63,857 nucleotides of DNA, filler included, from 13 parts of 13 records of this genome joined end to end with filler, not necessarily neighbours in it; one strand, 5' to 3'. Positions 1 through 15,597 are shown, counted from the first letter of the whole stretch. Numbers and translations: made by a program. Notes: generated by a model not told the origin, from the sequence alone.

Positions 1-85
1 AGAGGGGTCAATTTTCACCCTCTATCATCCCAGGCAGATCGGGTCCACACTAAGCCCATCGAAATCATTCAGGGGGCGAATACAA

Positions 86-781
86 ATGATCTACTTACGC
101 AAAGCAAATGAACGTGGTCATGCAAATCATGGCTGGCTGGACTCCTGGCATACTTTCTCTTTTGCCAACTATTACGATCCGAACTTTATGGGCTTCTCCG
201 CGCTGCGCGTGATTAACGACGACGTGATTGAAGCAGGGCAGGGCTTCGGCACTCACCCGCATAAAGATATGGAAATTTTGACCTACGTGCTGGAAGGTAC
301 TGTTGAGCATCAGGACAGCATGGGCAATAAAGAGCAGGTTCCGGCGGGTGAGTTCCAGATTATGAGTGCTGGTACGGGTATTCGTCACTCAGAGTACAAC
401 CCAAGCAGCACCGAGCGTCTGCATCTGTATCAGATCTGGATCATGCCTGAAGAAAACGGTATTACGCCGCGTTATGAACAGCGTCGCTTCGATGCCGTAC
501 AGGGCAAACAGCTGGTGCTCTCGCCGGATGCGCGAGATGGTTCATTGAAAGTGCATCAGGATATGGAACTGTACCGCTGGGCGTTGCTGAAAGATGAGCA
601 GTCGGTGCATCAGATTGCCGCTGAACGCCGCGTCTGGATCCAGGTGGTGAAAGGCAATGTCACCATTAACGGCGTGAAAGTCTCGACCAGCGATGGTCTG
701 GCAATCTGGGATGAGCAGGCAATCTCCATCCATGCGGATAGCGACAGCGAAGTGTTACTGTTCGATCTGCCGCCGGTTTAA
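86..781 (+). CDS. yhhW: Pirin-family quercetin 2,3-dioxygenase
   Basis: 231-aa ORF with pirin metal motifs (HPH, HSEYN); lies upstream of gntR as in E. coli. Confidence 0.96.
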   Translation: MIYLRKANERGHANHGWLDSWHTFSFANYYDPNFMGFSALRVINDDVIEAGQGFGTHPHKDMEILTYVLEGTVEHQDSMGNKEQVPAGEFQIMSAGTGIRHSEYNPSSTERLHLYQIWIMPEENGITPRYEQRRFDAVQGKQLVLSPDARDGSLKVHQDMELYRWALLKDEQSVHQIAAERRVWIQVVKGNVTINGVKVSTSDGLAIWDEQAISIHADSDSEVLLFDLPPV

Positions 782-1004
782 AACTCAACGGCATCTTTGA
801 AGCCTGCCTTTTTGCAGGCTTCCTCGCTCGCTCCGGTCGCGTGCTGATGTACGCTTCCGGGGTTTTGCCGCGTCGTTAGCACAATGCGATGCAATTGATT
901 TAGTGTATATCTAATAATTGTAAACAAGCACTGTTTTCCCCGGGAAGGTTCTGATGTGTCCGTGTTAAACTAAGAGAATCTATCTCTTTTGTACCTTCAG
1001 GACG

Positions 1005-2000
1005 ATGAAAAAGAAAAGACCCGTACTTCAGGATGTGGCTGACCGTGTAGGCGTGACCAAAATGACGGTCAGCCGTTTTTTACGCAACCCGGAGCAGGTT
1101 TCCGTCGCTCTACGCGGCAAGATTGCCGCGGCTCTTGATGAACTGGGCTATATTCCCAATCGTGCGCCCGATATCCTCTCTAACGCCACCAGCCGGGCGA
1201 TTGGCGTCCTGTTACCTTCTCTCACCAACCAGGTTTTCGCGGAAGTATTACGCGGAATCGAAAGCGTCACCGACGCGCACGGTTATCAGACCATGCTGGC
1301 GCACTACGGTTATAAACCGGAAATGGAGCAAGAACGCCTCGAATCCATGCTCTCCTGGAATATCGACGGCCTGATCCTCACCGAACGTACCCACACGCCG
1401 CGCACCTTAAAGATGATTGAAGTGGCGGGTATTCCCGTGGTGGAACTGATGGACAGCAAGTCGCCATGCCTTGATATCGCCGTCGGTTTTGATAACTTTG
1501 AAGCAGCACGCCAGATGACCACTGCCATTATTGCTCGCGGGCATCGCCACATTGCCTATCTCGGCGCACGTCTCGACGAACGTACTATCATCAAACAGAA
1601 GGGATACGAACAGGCGATGCTGGATGCAGGCCTGGTGCCATATAGCGTGATGGTTGAGCAATCTTCTTCTTACTCTTCCGGTATTGAACTGATTCGCCAG
1701 GCGCGGCGGGAATATCCGCAGCTGGATGGCGTGTTCTGTACGAATGATGACCTGGCGGTCGGCGCGGCGTTTGAATGTCAGCGTCTGGGGTTAAAAGTTC
1801 CTGACGATATGGCGATTGCCGGTTTCCACGGTCATGACATTGGTCAGGTGATGGAGCCACGACTTGCGAGCGTGCTGACGCCGCGTGAGCGGATGGGCAG
1901 TATTGGCGCTGAACGCCTGCTGGCGCGTATTCGTGGCGAATCTGTGACACCGAAAATGTTAGATTTAGGTTTCACCTTGTCACCGGGCGGATCTATTTAA
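1005..2000 (+). CDS. gntR: LacI-family gluconate regulon repressor
   Basis: N-terminal LacI HTH (LQDVADRVGVTKMTVSR), 331 aa, upstream of gntKU. Confidence 0.97.
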   Translation: MKKKRPVLQDVADRVGVTKMTVSRFLRNPEQVSVALRGKIAAALDELGYIPNRAPDILSNATSRAIGVLLPSLTNQVFAEVLRGIESVTDAHGYQTMLAHYGYKPEMEQERLESMLSWNIDGLILTERTHTPRTLKMIEVAGIPVVELMDSKSPCLDIAVGFDNFEAARQMTTAIIARGHRHIAYLGARLDERTIIKQKGYEQAMLDAGLVPYSVMVEQSSSYSSGIELIRQARREYPQLDGVFCTNDDLAVGAAFECQRLGLKVPDDMAIAGFHGHDIGQVMEPRLASVLTPRERMGSIGAERLLARIRGESVTPKMLDLGFTLSPGGSI

Positions 2001-2009
2001 GCCCACAAA

Positions 2010-2025
2010 TTTGAAGTAGCTCACA
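2010..2025 (+). promoter_or_regulatory. CRP site upstream of gntK
   Basis: TTTGA-N6-TCACA matches the TGTGA-N6-TCACA consensus. Confidence 0.7.
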
Positions 2026-2079
2026 CTTATACACTTAAGGCATGGATGGATATTGCTTCTGATATTGTCCGGCTGGACA

Positions 2080-2108
2080 ATGTTACCGATAACAGTTACC
2101 CGTAACAT
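2080..2108. promoter_or_regulatory. Two overlapping GntR operators
   Basis: ATGTTACCGATAACAG and CAGTTACCCGTAACAT match ATGTTA-N4-TAACAT. Confidence 0.8.
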
Positions 2109-2138
2109 TTTTAATTCTTGTATTGTGGGGGCACCACT

Positions 2139-2666
2139 TTGAGCACGACTAACCATGATCACCACATTTACGTCTTGATGGGCGTATCGGGCAGCGGCAA
2201 ATCTGCGGTCGCCAGTGAAGTGGCGCATCAACTTCATGCCGCGTTTCTTGATGGCGATTTCCTCCATCCACGGCGCAATATCGAAAAAATGGCGTCTGGC
2301 GAACCACTGAATGACGACGATCGCAAACCGTGGTTGCAGGCGCTGAACGACGCCGCGTTTGCTATGCAGCGCACTAATAAAGTGTCGCTGATCGTCTGTT
2401 CTGCATTGAAAAAACACTATCGCGACTTGCTGCGTGAAGGTAATCCGAATCTCTCTTTCATCTATTTGAAAGGCGATTTTGATGTGATTGAAAGCCGCCT
2501 GAAAGCGCGCAAAGGCCATTTCTTTAAAACCCAAATGTTGGTGACGCAGTTTGAAACGCTGCAGGAGCCGGGTGCGGACGAAACCGATGTACTGGTGGTG
2601 GATATCGATCAACCGCTGGAAGGTGTTGTGGCAAGCACCATTGAGGTTATTAAAAAAGGCAAATAA
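2139..2666 (+). CDS. gntK: Thermoresistant gluconokinase
   Basis: P-loop GVSGSGKS and LDGDFLHP; TTG start at 2139 gives 175 aa. Confidence 0.96.
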   Translation: MSTTNHDHHIYVLMGVSGSGKSAVASEVAHQLHAAFLDGDFLHPRRNIEKMASGEPLNDDDRKPWLQALNDAAFAMQRTNKVSLIVCSALKKHYRDLLREGNPNLSFIYLKGDFDVIESRLKARKGHFFKTQMLVTQFETLQEPGADETDVLVVDIDQPLEGVVASTIEVIKKGK

Positions 2667-2669
2667 GTA

Positions 2670-4010
2670 GTGACTACATTAACGCTTGTTTTAACAGCAG
2701 TAGGGTCTGTTTTACTGCTGCTGTTTTTAGTCATGAAGGCGCGTATGCACGCTTTCCTGGCTTTAATGGTGGTGTCCATGGGGGCTGGCCTTTTTTCTGG
2801 TATGCCGCTCGATAAAATCGCAGCGACGATGGAAAAAGGGATGGGAGGCACCCTCGGCTTCCTGGCGGTGGTTGTCGCCCTGGGAGCTATGTTTGGCAAG
2901 ATCTTACATGAAACCGGCGCAGTCGATCAGATTGCCGTCAAAATGCTCAAATCCTTCGGTCACAGCCGCGCGCATTATGCCATCGGCCTTGCGGGGCTGG
3001 TCTGTGCGCTACCGCTGTTCTTTGAAGTGGCGATAGTTCTGCTGATTAGCGTTGCTTTCTCAATGGCGCGCCACACCGGTACGAACCTGGTGAAGCTGGT
3101 AATCCCATTATTTGCAGGCGTGGCGGCAGCGGCGGCATTTCTGGTGCCTGGACCAGCGCCGATGCTGCTGGCATCGCAGATGAATGCCGACTTTGGCTGG
3201 ATGATCCTGATTGGCCTGTGTGCGGCAATTCCGGGAATGATTATTGCCGGGCCGCTGTGGGGTAACTTCATCAGCCGTTACGTTGAGCTGCATATTCCTG
3301 ACGACATCAGCGAACCGCATCTCGGCGAAGGCAAAATGCCATCTTTCGGATTCAGCCTGTCGCTGATCCTGCTGCCGCTGGTGCTGGTAGGGCTGAAAAC
3401 CATTGCCGCGCGTTTTGCGCCGGAAGGATCAACTGCTTACGAATGGTTTGAGTTTATCGGTCATCCGTTTACCGCGATTCTGGTTGCTTGTCTGGTGGCG
3501 ATTTACGGTCTGGCAATGCGTCAGGGCATGCCAAAAGACAAAGTGATGGAGATTTGCGGTCACGCGCTGCAACCGGCGGGGATCATTCTGCTGGTGATTG
3601 GTGCGGGCGGCGTGTTCAAACAGGTGCTGGTTGACTCTGGCGTAGGTCCGGCACTGGGCGAAGCGTTAACCGGCATGGGCCTGCCGATTGCTATCACCTG
3701 CTTCGTGCTGGCAGCTGCAGTGCGCATCATTCAGGGTTCTGCCACCGTAGCCTGTTTAACGGCGGTAGGACTGGTGATGCCGGTTATTGAACAACTGAAC
3801 TACTCCGGTGCGCAAATGGCGGCGCTGTCGATTTGTATCGCTGGTGGTTCGATTGTTGTCAGCCACGTTAACGACGCCGGTTTCTGGTTGTTCGGTAAAT
3901 TTACCGGCGCGACCGAAGCCGAAACGCTGAAAACCTGGACCATGATGGAAACCATCCTCGGCACTGTCGGTGCCATCGTTGGGATGATTGCGTTCCAGCT
4001 GTTGAGTTAA
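2670..4010 (+). CDS. gntU: Low-affinity gluconate transporter (GntP family)
   Basis: 446-aa polytopic membrane protein with the GntP SHVNDAGFW motif. Confidence 0.96.
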   Translation: MTTLTLVLTAVGSVLLLLFLVMKARMHAFLALMVVSMGAGLFSGMPLDKIAATMEKGMGGTLGFLAVVVALGAMFGKILHETGAVDQIAVKMLKSFGHSRAHYAIGLAGLVCALPLFFEVAIVLLISVAFSMARHTGTNLVKLVIPLFAGVAAAAAFLVPGPAPMLLASQMNADFGWMILIGLCAAIPGMIIAGPLWGNFISRYVELHIPDDISEPHLGEGKMPSFGFSLSLILLPLVLVGLKTIAARFAPEGSTAYEWFEFIGHPFTAILVACLVAIYGLAMRQGMPKDKVMEICGHALQPAGIILLVIGAGGVFKQVLVDSGVGPALGEALTGMGLPIAITCFVLAAAVRIIQGSATVACLTAVGLVMPVIEQLNYSGAQMAALSICIAGGSIVVSHVNDAGFWLFGKFTGATEAETLKTWTMMETILGTVGAIVGMIAFQLLS

Positions 4011-4066
4011 GTTTGTTCGCCCGGTAGTTGTGACGCTACCGGGTTCTTTTCGAAAAACTCTCCTCG

Positions 4067-4660
4067 TTACCCCTTCATCCACATTCGAATGCCGTCGAGG
4101 AACATCTGGGTTGCCATCATCACCAGAATCAATCCCATCAGGCGTTCAAGTGCGTTCACCCCTTTCTCGCCCAGCAGACGTAAAAATAGCGAAGACTGTA
4201 GCAGGATGACAAAGGTGCCGCCCCAGGCCAGCAGCAGAGCAATCACCAGATGCCCCATCTGATTCGGGTACTGATGAGACAACAACATCAGCGTGGCGAG
4301 AATAGTCGGCCCGGCGACTAACGGAATTGCCAACGGCACGATAAATGGCTCTTCACCTGCCGGAAGCCCGCTGCTATTTCCTGAAGCGCTGGGGAAAATC
4401 ATTTTAATGGCGATCAGAAACAGAATGATGCCGCCAGAAATGGAGACGGTTTCTGCTCGTAGGCTAAGAAATGCCAGAATTTTCTCACCCGCAAACAGGA
4501 ACACCAGCATCACCAGGAGAGCAATAAGCAACTCTCGCACCATGATTGCCCGCCGTCTTTTCGGTTCAGTATGTTTCAGTACGGACATGAAAATAGGTAG
4601 GTTTCCGAGCGGATCCATAATCAGGATCAATAAAACTGCTGCAGAAATGATTTCATTCAT
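4067..4660 (-). CDS. yhgN: MarC-family inner membrane protein
   Basis: MDPLGN and PLAIPLVAGP MarC motifs, 197 aa. Confidence 0.93.
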   Translation of the reverse strand: MNEIISAAVLLILIMDPLGNLPIFMSVLKHTEPKRRRAIMVRELLIALLVMLVFLFAGEKILAFLSLRAETVSISGGIILFLIAIKMIFPSASGNSSGLPAGEEPFIVPLAIPLVAGPTILATLMLLSHQYPNQMGHLVIALLLAWGGTFVILLQSSLFLRLLGEKGVNALERLMGLILVMMATQMFLDGIRMWMKG

Positions 4661-4852
4661 AACTCAAATTCCCTGATAATTGCCGCGGACTTTCTGCGTG
4701 CTAACAAAGCAGGATAAGTCGCATTACTGATGGCTTCGCTATCATTGATTAATTTCACTTGCGACTTTGGCTGCTTTTTGTATGGTGAAAGATGTGCCAA
4801 GAGGAGACCGGCACATTTATACAGCACACATCTTTGCAGGAAAAAAACGCTT

Positions 4853-5956
4853 ATGAAAAATGTTGGTTTTATCGGCTGGCGCGGTATGGTCGGCTCCGTT
4901 CTCATGCAACGCATGGTTGAAGAGCGCGACTTCGACGCCATTCGCCCTGTCTTCTTTTCTACTTCTCAGCTTGGCCAGGCTGCGCCGTCTTTTGGCGGAA
5001 CCACTGGCACACTTCAGGATGCCTTTGATCTGGAGGCGCTAAAGGCCCTCGATATCATTGTGACCTGTCAGGGCGGCGATTATACCAACGAAATCTATCC
5101 AAAGCTTCGTGAAAGCGGATGGCAAGGTTACTGGATTGACGCAGCATCGTCTCTGCGCATGAAAGATGACGCCATCATCATTCTTGACCCCGTCAATCAG
5201 GACGTCATTACCGACGGATTAAATAATGGCATCAGGACTTTTGTTGGCGGTAACTGTACCGTAAGCCTGATGTTGATGTCGTTGGGTGGTTTATTCGCCA
5301 ATGATCTTGTTGATTGGGTGTCCGTTGCAACCTACCAGGCCGCTTCCGGCGGTGGTGCGCGACATATGCGTGAGTTATTAACCCAGATGGGCCATCTGTA
5401 TGGCCATGTGGCAGATGAACTCGCGACCCCGTCCTCTGCTATTCTCGATATCGAACGCAAAGTCACAACCTTAACCCGTAGCGGTGAGCTGCCGGTGGAT
5501 AACTTTGGCGTGCCGCTGGCGGGTAGCCTGATTCCGTGGATCGACAAACAGCTCGATAACGGTCAGAGCCGCGAAGAGTGGAAAGGGCAGGCGGAAACCA
5601 ACAAGATCCTCAACACATCTTCCGTAATTCCGGTAGATGGTTTATGTGTGCGTGTCGGGGCATTGCGCTGCCACAGCCAGGCATTCACTATTAAATTGAA
5701 AAAAGATGTGTCTATTCCGACCGTGGAAGAACTGCTGGCTGCGCACAATCCGTGGGCGAAAGTCGTTCCGAACGATCGGGAAATCACTATGCGTGAGCTA
5801 ACCCCAGCTGCCGTTACCGGCACGCTGACCACGCCGGTAGGCCGCCTGCGTAAGCTGAATATGGGACCAGAGTTCCTGTCAGCCTTTACCGTGGGCGACC
5901 AGCTGCTGTGGGGGGCCGCGGAGCCGCTGCGTCGGATGCTTCGTCAACTGGCGTAA
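4853..5956 (+). CDS. asd: Aspartate-semialdehyde dehydrogenase
   Basis: [11 protein letters not shown]-binding motif and catalytic GNCTV; ATG 4853 gives 367 aa. Confidence 0.98.
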
Positions 5957-6228
5957 TCTTTATTCATTAAATCTGGGGCGCGATGCCGCCCCTGTTAGTG
6001 CGTAATACAGGAGTAAGCGCAGATGTTTCATGATTTACCGGGAGTTAAATAGAGCATTGGCTATTCTTTAAGGGTGGCTGAATACATGAGTATTCACAGC
6101 CTTACCTGAAGTGAGGACGACGCAGAGAGGATGCACAGAGTGCTGCGCCGTTCAGGTCAAAAAAATGTCACAACCAGAAGTCAAAAATCCAATTGGATGG
6201 GGTGACACAATAAAACAGGAAGACAAGC

Positions 6229-8415
6229 ATGTCCGATCGTATCGATAGAGACGTGATTAACGCGCTAATTGCAGGCCATTTTGCGGATCCTTTTTCCGTA
6301 CTGGGAATGCATAAAACCACCGCGGGACTGGAAGTCCGTGCCCTTTTACCCGACGCTACCGATGTGTGGGTGATTGAACCGAAAACCGGGCGCAAACTCG
6401 CAAAACTGGAGTGTCTCGACTCACGGGGATTCTTTAGCGGCGTCATTCCGCGACGTAAGAATTTTTTCCGCTATCAGTTGGCTGTTGTCTGGCATGGTCA
6501 GCAAAACCTGATTGATGATCCTTACCGTTTTGGTCCGCTAATCCAGGAAATGGATGCCTGGCTATTATCTGAAGGTACTCACCTGCGCCCGTATGAAACC
6601 TTAGGCGCGCATGCAGATACTATGGATGGCGTCACAGGTACGCGTTTCTCTGTCTGGGCTCCAAACGCCCGTCGGGTCTCGGTGGTTGGGCAATTCAACT
6701 ACTGGGACGGTCGCCGTCACCCGATGCGCCTGCGTAAAGAGAGCGGCATCTGGGAACTGTTTATCCCTGGGGCGCATAACGGTCAGCTCTATAAATACGA
6801 GATGATTGATGCCAATGGCAACTTGCGTCTGAAGTCCGACCCTTATGCCTTTGAAGCGCAAATGCGCCCGGAAACCGCGTCTCTTATTTGCGGGCTGCCG
6901 GAAAAGGTTGTACAGACTGAAGAGCGCAAAAAAGCGAATCAGTTTGATGCGCCAATCTCTATTTATGAAGTTCACCTGGGTTCCTGGCGTCGCCACACCG
7001 ACAACAATTTCTGGTTGAGCTACCGCGAGCTGGCCGATCAACTGGTGCCTTATGCTAAATGGATGGGCTTTACCCACCTCGAACTACTGCCCATTAACGA
7101 GCATCCCTTCGATGGCAGTTGGGGTTATCAGCCAACCGGCCTGTATGCGCCAACCCGCCGTTTTGGTACTCGCGACGACTTCCGTTATTTCATTGATGCC
7201 GCACACGCAGCTGGTCTGAACGTGATTCTCGACTGGGTGCCAGGCCACTTCCCGACTGATGACTTTGCGCTTGCCGAATTTGATGGCACGAACTTGTATG
7301 AACACAGCGATCCGCGTGAAGGCTATCATCAGGACTGGAACACGCTGATCTACAACTATGGTCGCCGTGAAGTCAGTAACTTCCTCGTCGGTAACGCGCT
7401 TTACTGGATTGAACGTTTTGGTATTGATGCGCTGCGCGTCGATGCGGTGGCGTCAATGATTTATCGCGACTACAGCCGTAAAGAGGGGGAGTGGATCCCG
7501 AACGAATTTGGCGGGCGCGAGAATCTTGAAGCGATTGAATTCTTGCGTAATACCAACCGTATTCTTGGTGAGCAGGTTTCCGGTGCGGTGACAATGGCTG
7601 AGGAGTCTACCGATTTCCCTGGCGTTTCTCGTCCGCAGGATATGGGCGGTCTGGGCTTCTGGTACAAGTGGAACCTCGGCTGGATGCATGACACCCTGGA
7701 CTACATGAAGCTCGACCCGGTTTATCGTCAGTATCATCACGATAAACTGACCTTCGGGATTCTCTACAACTACACTGAAAACTTCGTCCTGCCGTTGTCG
7801 CATGATGAAGTGGTCCACGGTAAAAAATCGATTCTCGACCGCATGCCGGGCGACGCATGGCAGAAATTCGCGAACCTGCGCGCCTACTATGGCTGGATGT
7901 GGGCATTCCCGGGCAAGAAACTACTGTTCATGGGTAACGAATTTGCCCAGGGCCGCGAGTGGAACCATGACGCCAGCCTCGACTGGCATCTGTTGGAAGG
8001 CGGCGATAACTGGCACCACGGTGTCCAGCGTCTGGTGCGCGATCTGAACCTCACCTACCGCCACCATAAAGCAATGCATGAACTGGATTTTGACCCGTAC
8101 GGCTTTGAATGGCTGGTGGTGGATGACAAAGAACGCTCGGTGCTGATCTTTGTGCGTCGCGATAAAGAGGGTAACGAAATCATCGTTGCCAGTAACTTTA
8201 CGCCGGTACCGCGTCATGATTATCGCTTCGGCATAAACCAGCCGGGCAAATGGCGTGAAATCCTCAATACCGATTCCATGCACTATCACGGCAGTAATGC
8301 AGGCAATGGCGGCACGGTACACAGCGATGAGATTGCCAGCCACGGTCGTCAGCATTCACTAAGCCTGACGCTACCACCGCTGGCCACTATCTGGCTGGTT
8401 CGGGAGGCAGAATGA
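6229..8415 (+). CDS. glgB: 1,4-alpha-glucan branching enzyme
   Basis: GH13 motifs [24 protein letters not shown]; 728 aa. Confidence 0.98.
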   Translation: MSDRIDRDVINALIAGHFADPFSVLGMHKTTAGLEVRALLPDATDVWVIEPKTGRKLAKLECLDSRGFFSGVIPRRKNFFRYQLAVVWHGQQNLIDDPYRFGPLIQEMDAWLLSEGTHLRPYETLGAHADTMDGVTGTRFSVWAPNARRVSVVGQFNYWDGRRHPMRLRKESGIWELFIPGAHNGQLYKYEMIDANGNLRLKSDPYAFEAQMRPETASLICGLPEKVVQTEERKKANQFDAPISIYEVHLGSWRRHTDNNFWLSYRELADQLVPYAKWMGFTHLELLPINEHPFDGSWGYQPTGLYAPTRRFGTRDDFRYFIDAAHAAGLNVILDWVPGHFPTDDFALAEFDGTNLYEHSDPREGYHQDWNTLIYNYGRREVSNFLVGNALYWIERFGIDALRVDAVASMIYRDYSRKEGEWIPNEFGGRENLEAIEFLRNTNRILGEQVSGAVTMAEESTDFPGVSRPQDMGGLGFWYKWNLGWMHDTLDYMKLDPVYRQYHHDKLTFGILYNYTENFVLPLSHDEVVHGKKSILDRMPGDAWQKFANLRAYYGWMWAFPGKKLLFMGNEFAQGREWNHDASLDWHLLEGGDNWHHGVQRLVRDLNLTYRHHKAMHELDFDPYGFEWLVVDDKERSVLIFVRRDKEGNEIIVASNFTPVPRHDYRFGINQPGKWREILNTDSMHYHGSNAGNGGTVHSDEIASHGRQHSLSLTLPPLATIWLVREAE

Positions 8416-10385
8416 CACAACTCGCCATTGGCAAACCCGCTCCCCTCGGCGCGCATTACGACGGTCAGGGCGTCAACTTCACACTTTTCTCCGCTCATGC
8501 CGAGCGGGTAGAACTGTGTGTCTTTGACGCCAATGGCCAGGAACATCGCTATGACTTGCCAGGGCACAGTGGCGACATTTGGCACGGTTATCTGCCGGAT
8601 GCGCGCCCGGGTTTGCGTTATGGTTATCGCGTTCATGGCCCCTGGCAACCCGCCGAGGGGCATCGCTTTAACCCGGCGAAGTTGTTGATTGATCCTTGCG
8701 CGCGGCAAATTGACGGGGAGTTTAAAGATAACCCGCTGCTGCACGCCGGTCATAATGAACCTGACTATCGCGACAACGCCGCCATTGCGCCGAAATGCGT
8801 AGTGGTGGTTGATCACTATGACTGGGAAGATGATGCCCCGCCGCGCACGCCGTGGGGCAGCACCATCATTTATGAAGCCCATGTCAAAGGATTAACGTAC
8901 TTGCACCCGGAGATCCCGGTCGAGATCCGTGGCACTTATAAAGCCCTCGGGCATCCGGTGATGATCAACTATTTGAAACAATTGGGCATTACCGCGCTGG
9001 AACTGCTGCCAGTGGCGCAGTTTGCCAGTGAACCACGTCTGCAACGCATGGGGCTAAGTAACTACTGGGGTTACAACCCGGTGGCGATGTTTGCGCTGCA
9101 TCCGGCGTATGCCTGCTCGCCAGAAACGGCGCTGGATGAGTTTCGCGATGCAATCAAAGCACTGCATAAAGCGGGTATCGAAGTCATTCTTGATATCGTG
9201 CTCAACCATAGTGCGGAACTGGACCTCGACGGCCCGTTATTCTCGCTGCGTGGGATCGATAACCGTAGCTATTATTGGATAAGAGAAGACGGCGATTATC
9301 ACAACTGGACCGGTTGCGGCAACACGCTCAATTTGAGTCATCCGGCGGTGGTGGATTATGCCAGCGCCTGCCTGCGTTATTGGGTAGAAACCTGCCACGT
9401 CGATGGTTTCCGCTTTGATCTGGCGGCAGTCATGGGCCGTACGCCAGAGTTCCGTCAGGATGCGCCGTTGTTTACCGCTATCCAGAACTGCCCGGTGCTC
9501 TCGCAGGTGAAGTTAATTGCTGAACCGTGGGATATCGCTCCTGGTGGTTATCAGGTGGGAAATTTCCCGCCGCTGTTTGCCGAGTGGAACGATCATTTCC
9601 GCGATGCTGCCCGTCGTTTCTGGCTACATTATGATTTGCCTCTGGGGGCGTTTGCCGGGCGTTTTGCTGCCTCCAGCGATGTTTTTAAACGTAATGGTCG
9701 TCTGCCGAGTGCCGCGATTAATCTCGTCACCGCGCATGACGGTTTTACGCTTCGCGACTGCGTTTGCTTCAACCATAAACACAATGAAGCAAACGGAGAA
9801 GAAAATCGCGACGGGACCAACAACAATTACAGTAACAATCATGGTAAAGAAGGGTTAGGCGGTTCTCTTGACCTGGTTGAACGGCGGCGCGACAGCATTC
9901 ACGCCCTGTTAACAACGTTGTTGCTCTCCCAGGGTACGCCGATGTTACTGGCCGGTGACGAACATGGTCACAGCCAGCATGGCAATAACAATGCCTACTG
10001 TCAGGATAACCAATTAACCTGGTTGGACTGGTCGCAGGCAAGCAGTGGTTTAACCGCATTTACCGCCGCGTTAATCCATCTGCGCAAGCGCATTCCCGCT
10101 TTGGTGGAGAATCGCTGGTGGGAAGAAGGCGACGGCAATGTCCGTTGGCTAAATCGATATGCTCAACCTTTAAGCACGGATGAGTGGCAAAACGGGCCGA
10201 AACAGCTGCAAATTCTGCTCTCGGATCGCTTTTTGATCGCAATTAACGCCACGCTTGAGGTAACAGAGATTGTTTTACCTGCTGGGGAGTGGCACGCCAT
10301 TCCCCCATTCGCTGGAGAGGATAACCCAGTGATTACGGCTGTCTGGCAGGGACCTGCACACGGATTGTGTGTGTTCCAGAGATGA
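8412..10385 (+). CDS. glgX: Glycogen debranching enzyme
   Basis: [23 protein letters not shown] motifs; 657 aa. Confidence 0.98.
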
Positions 10386-10402
10386 TAAAAAAGGAGTTAG
10401 TC

Positions 10403-11698
10403 ATGGTTAGTTTAGAGAAGAACGATCACTTAATGTTGGCGCGCCAGCTGCCATTGAAATCTGTTGCCCTGATACTGGCGGGAGGACGTGGTACCCGCCT
10501 GAAGGATTTAACCAATAAGCGAGCAAAACCGGCCGTACACTTCGGCGGTAAGTTCCGCATTATCGACTTTGCGCTGTCTAACTGCATCAACTCCGGGATC
10601 CGTCGTATGGGCGTGATCACCCAGTACCAGTCCCACACTCTGGTGCAGCACATTCAGCGCGGCTGGTCATTCTTCAATGAAGAAATGAACGAGTTTGTCG
10701 ATCTGCTGCCAGCACAGCAGAGAATGAAAGGGGAAAACTGGTATCGCGGCACCGCAGATGCGGTCACCCAAAACCTCGACATTATCCGCCGTTATAAAGC
10801 GGAATACGTGGTGATCCTGGCGGGCGACCATATCTACAAGCAAGACTACTCGCGTATGCTTATCGATCACGTCGAAAAAGGCGCACGTTGCACCGTTGCT
10901 TGTATGCCAGTACCGATTGAAGAAGCCTCCGCATTTGGCGTTATGGCGGTTGATGAGAACGATAAAATTATCGAATTCGTTGAAAAACCTGCTAACCCGC
11001 CGTCAATGCCGAACGATCCGAGCAAATCTCTGGCGAGTATGGGTATCTACGTCTTTGACGCCGACTATCTGTATGAACTGCTGGAAGAAGACGATCGCGA
11101 TGAGAACTCCAGCCACGACTTTGGCAAAGATTTGATTCCCAAGATCACCGAAGCCGGTCTGGCCTATGCGCACCCGTTCCCGCTCTCTTGCGTACAATCC
11201 GACCCGGATGCCGAGCCGTACTGGCGCGATGTGGGTACGCTGGAAGCTTACTGGAAAGCGAACCTCGATCTGGCCTCTGTGGTGCCGGAACTGGATATGT
11301 ACGATCGCAATTGGCCAATTCGCACCTACAATGAATCATTACCGCCAGCGAAATTCGTGCAGGATCGCTCCGGTAGCCACGGGATGACCCTTAACTCACT
11401 GGTTTCCGGCGGTTGTGTGATCTCCGGTTCGGTGGTGGTGCAGTCCGTTCTGTTCTCGCGCGTTCGCGTGAATTCATTCTGCAACATTGATTCCGCCGTA
11501 TTGTTACCGGAAGTATGGGTAGGTCGCTCGTGCCGTCTGCGCCGCTGCGTCATCGATCGTGCTTGTGTTATTCCGGAAGGCATGGTGATTGGTGAAAACG
11601 CAGAGGAAGATGCACGTCGTTTCTATCGTTCAGAAGAAGGCATCGTGCTGGTAACGCGCGAAATGCTACGGAAGTTAGGGCATAAACAGGAGCGATAA
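10403..11698 (+). CDS. glgC: Glucose-1-phosphate adenylyltransferase
   Basis: LAGGRGTRL and RAKPAV motifs; AAGGAG RBS before ATG 10403; 431 aa. Confidence 0.98.
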
Positions 11699-13131
11699 TG
11701 CAGGTTTTACATGTATGTTCAGAGATGTTCCCGCTGCTTAAAACCGGCGGTCTGGCTGATGTTATTGGGGCATTACCCGCAGCACAAATCGCAGACGGCG
11801 TTGACGCTCGCGTACTGTTGCCTGCATTTCCCGATATTCGCCGTGGCGTGACCGATGCGCAGGTAGTATCCCGTCGTGATACCTTCGCCGGACATATCAC
11901 GCTGTTGTTCGGTCATTACAACGGGGTTGGCATTTACCTGATTGACGCGCCGCATCTCTATGATCGTCCGGGAAGCCCGTATCACGATACCAACTTATTT
12001 GCCTATACCGACAACGTATTGCGTTTTGCGCTGCTGGGGTGGGTTGGGGCAGAAATGGCCAGCGGGCTTGACCCATTCTGGCGTCCTGATGTGGTGCATG
12101 CGCACGACTGGCATGCAGGCCTTGCGCCTGCGTATCTGGCGGCGCGCGGGCGTCCGGCGAAGTCGGTGTTTACTGTGCACAACCTGGCCTATCAAGGCAT
12201 GTTTTATGCACATCACATGAATGACATCCAATTGCCATGGTCATTCTTTAATATTCATGGGCTGGAATTCAACGGACAAATCTCTTTCCTGAAGGCCGGT
12301 CTGTACTATGCCGATCACATTACGGCGGTCAGTCCAACCTACGCTCGCGAGATCACCGAACCGCAGTTTGCCTACGGTATGGAAGGTCTGTTGCAACAGC
12401 GTCACCGTGAAGGGCGTCTTTCCGGCGTACTGAACGGCGTGGACGAGAAAATCTGGAGTCCAGAGACGGACTTACTGTTGGCCTCGCGTTACACCCGCGA
12501 TACGTTGGAAGATAAAGCGGAAAATAAGCGCCAGTTACAAATCGCAATGGGGCTTAAGGTTGACGATAAAGTGCCGCTTTTTGCAGTGGTGAGCCGTCTG
12601 ACCAGCCAGAAAGGTCTCGACCTGGTGCTGGAAGCCTTACCGGGTCTTCTGGAGCAGGGCGGGCAGCTGGCGCTACTCGGCGCGGGCGATCCGGTGCTGC
12701 AGGAAGGTTTCCTTGCGGCGGCAGCGGAATACCCCGGTCAGGTGGGCGTTCAGATTGGCTATCACGAAGCATTTTCGCATCGCATTATGGGCGGCGCGGA
12801 CGTCATTCTGGTGCCCAGCCGTTTTGAACCGTGCGGCTTAACGCAACTTTATGGATTGAAGTACGGTACGCTGCCGTTAGTGCGGCGCACCGGTGGGCTT
12901 GCTGATACGGTTTCTGACTGTTCTCTTGAGAACCTTGCAGATGGCGTCGCCAGTGGGTTTGTCTTTGAAGATAGTAATGCCTGGTCGCTGTTACGGGCTA
13001 TTCGACGTGCTTTTGTACTGTGGTCCCGTCCTTCACTGTGGCGGTTTGTGCAACGTCAGGCTATGGCAATGGATTTTAGCTGGCAGGTCGCGGCGAAGTC
13101 GTACCGTGAGCTTTACTATCGCTTGAAATAG
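11698..13131 (+). CDS. glgA: Glycogen synthase
   Basis: KTGGLADV and PSRFEPCGL motifs; 477 aa. Confidence 0.98.
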
Positions 13132-15597
<2,466 letters not shown>

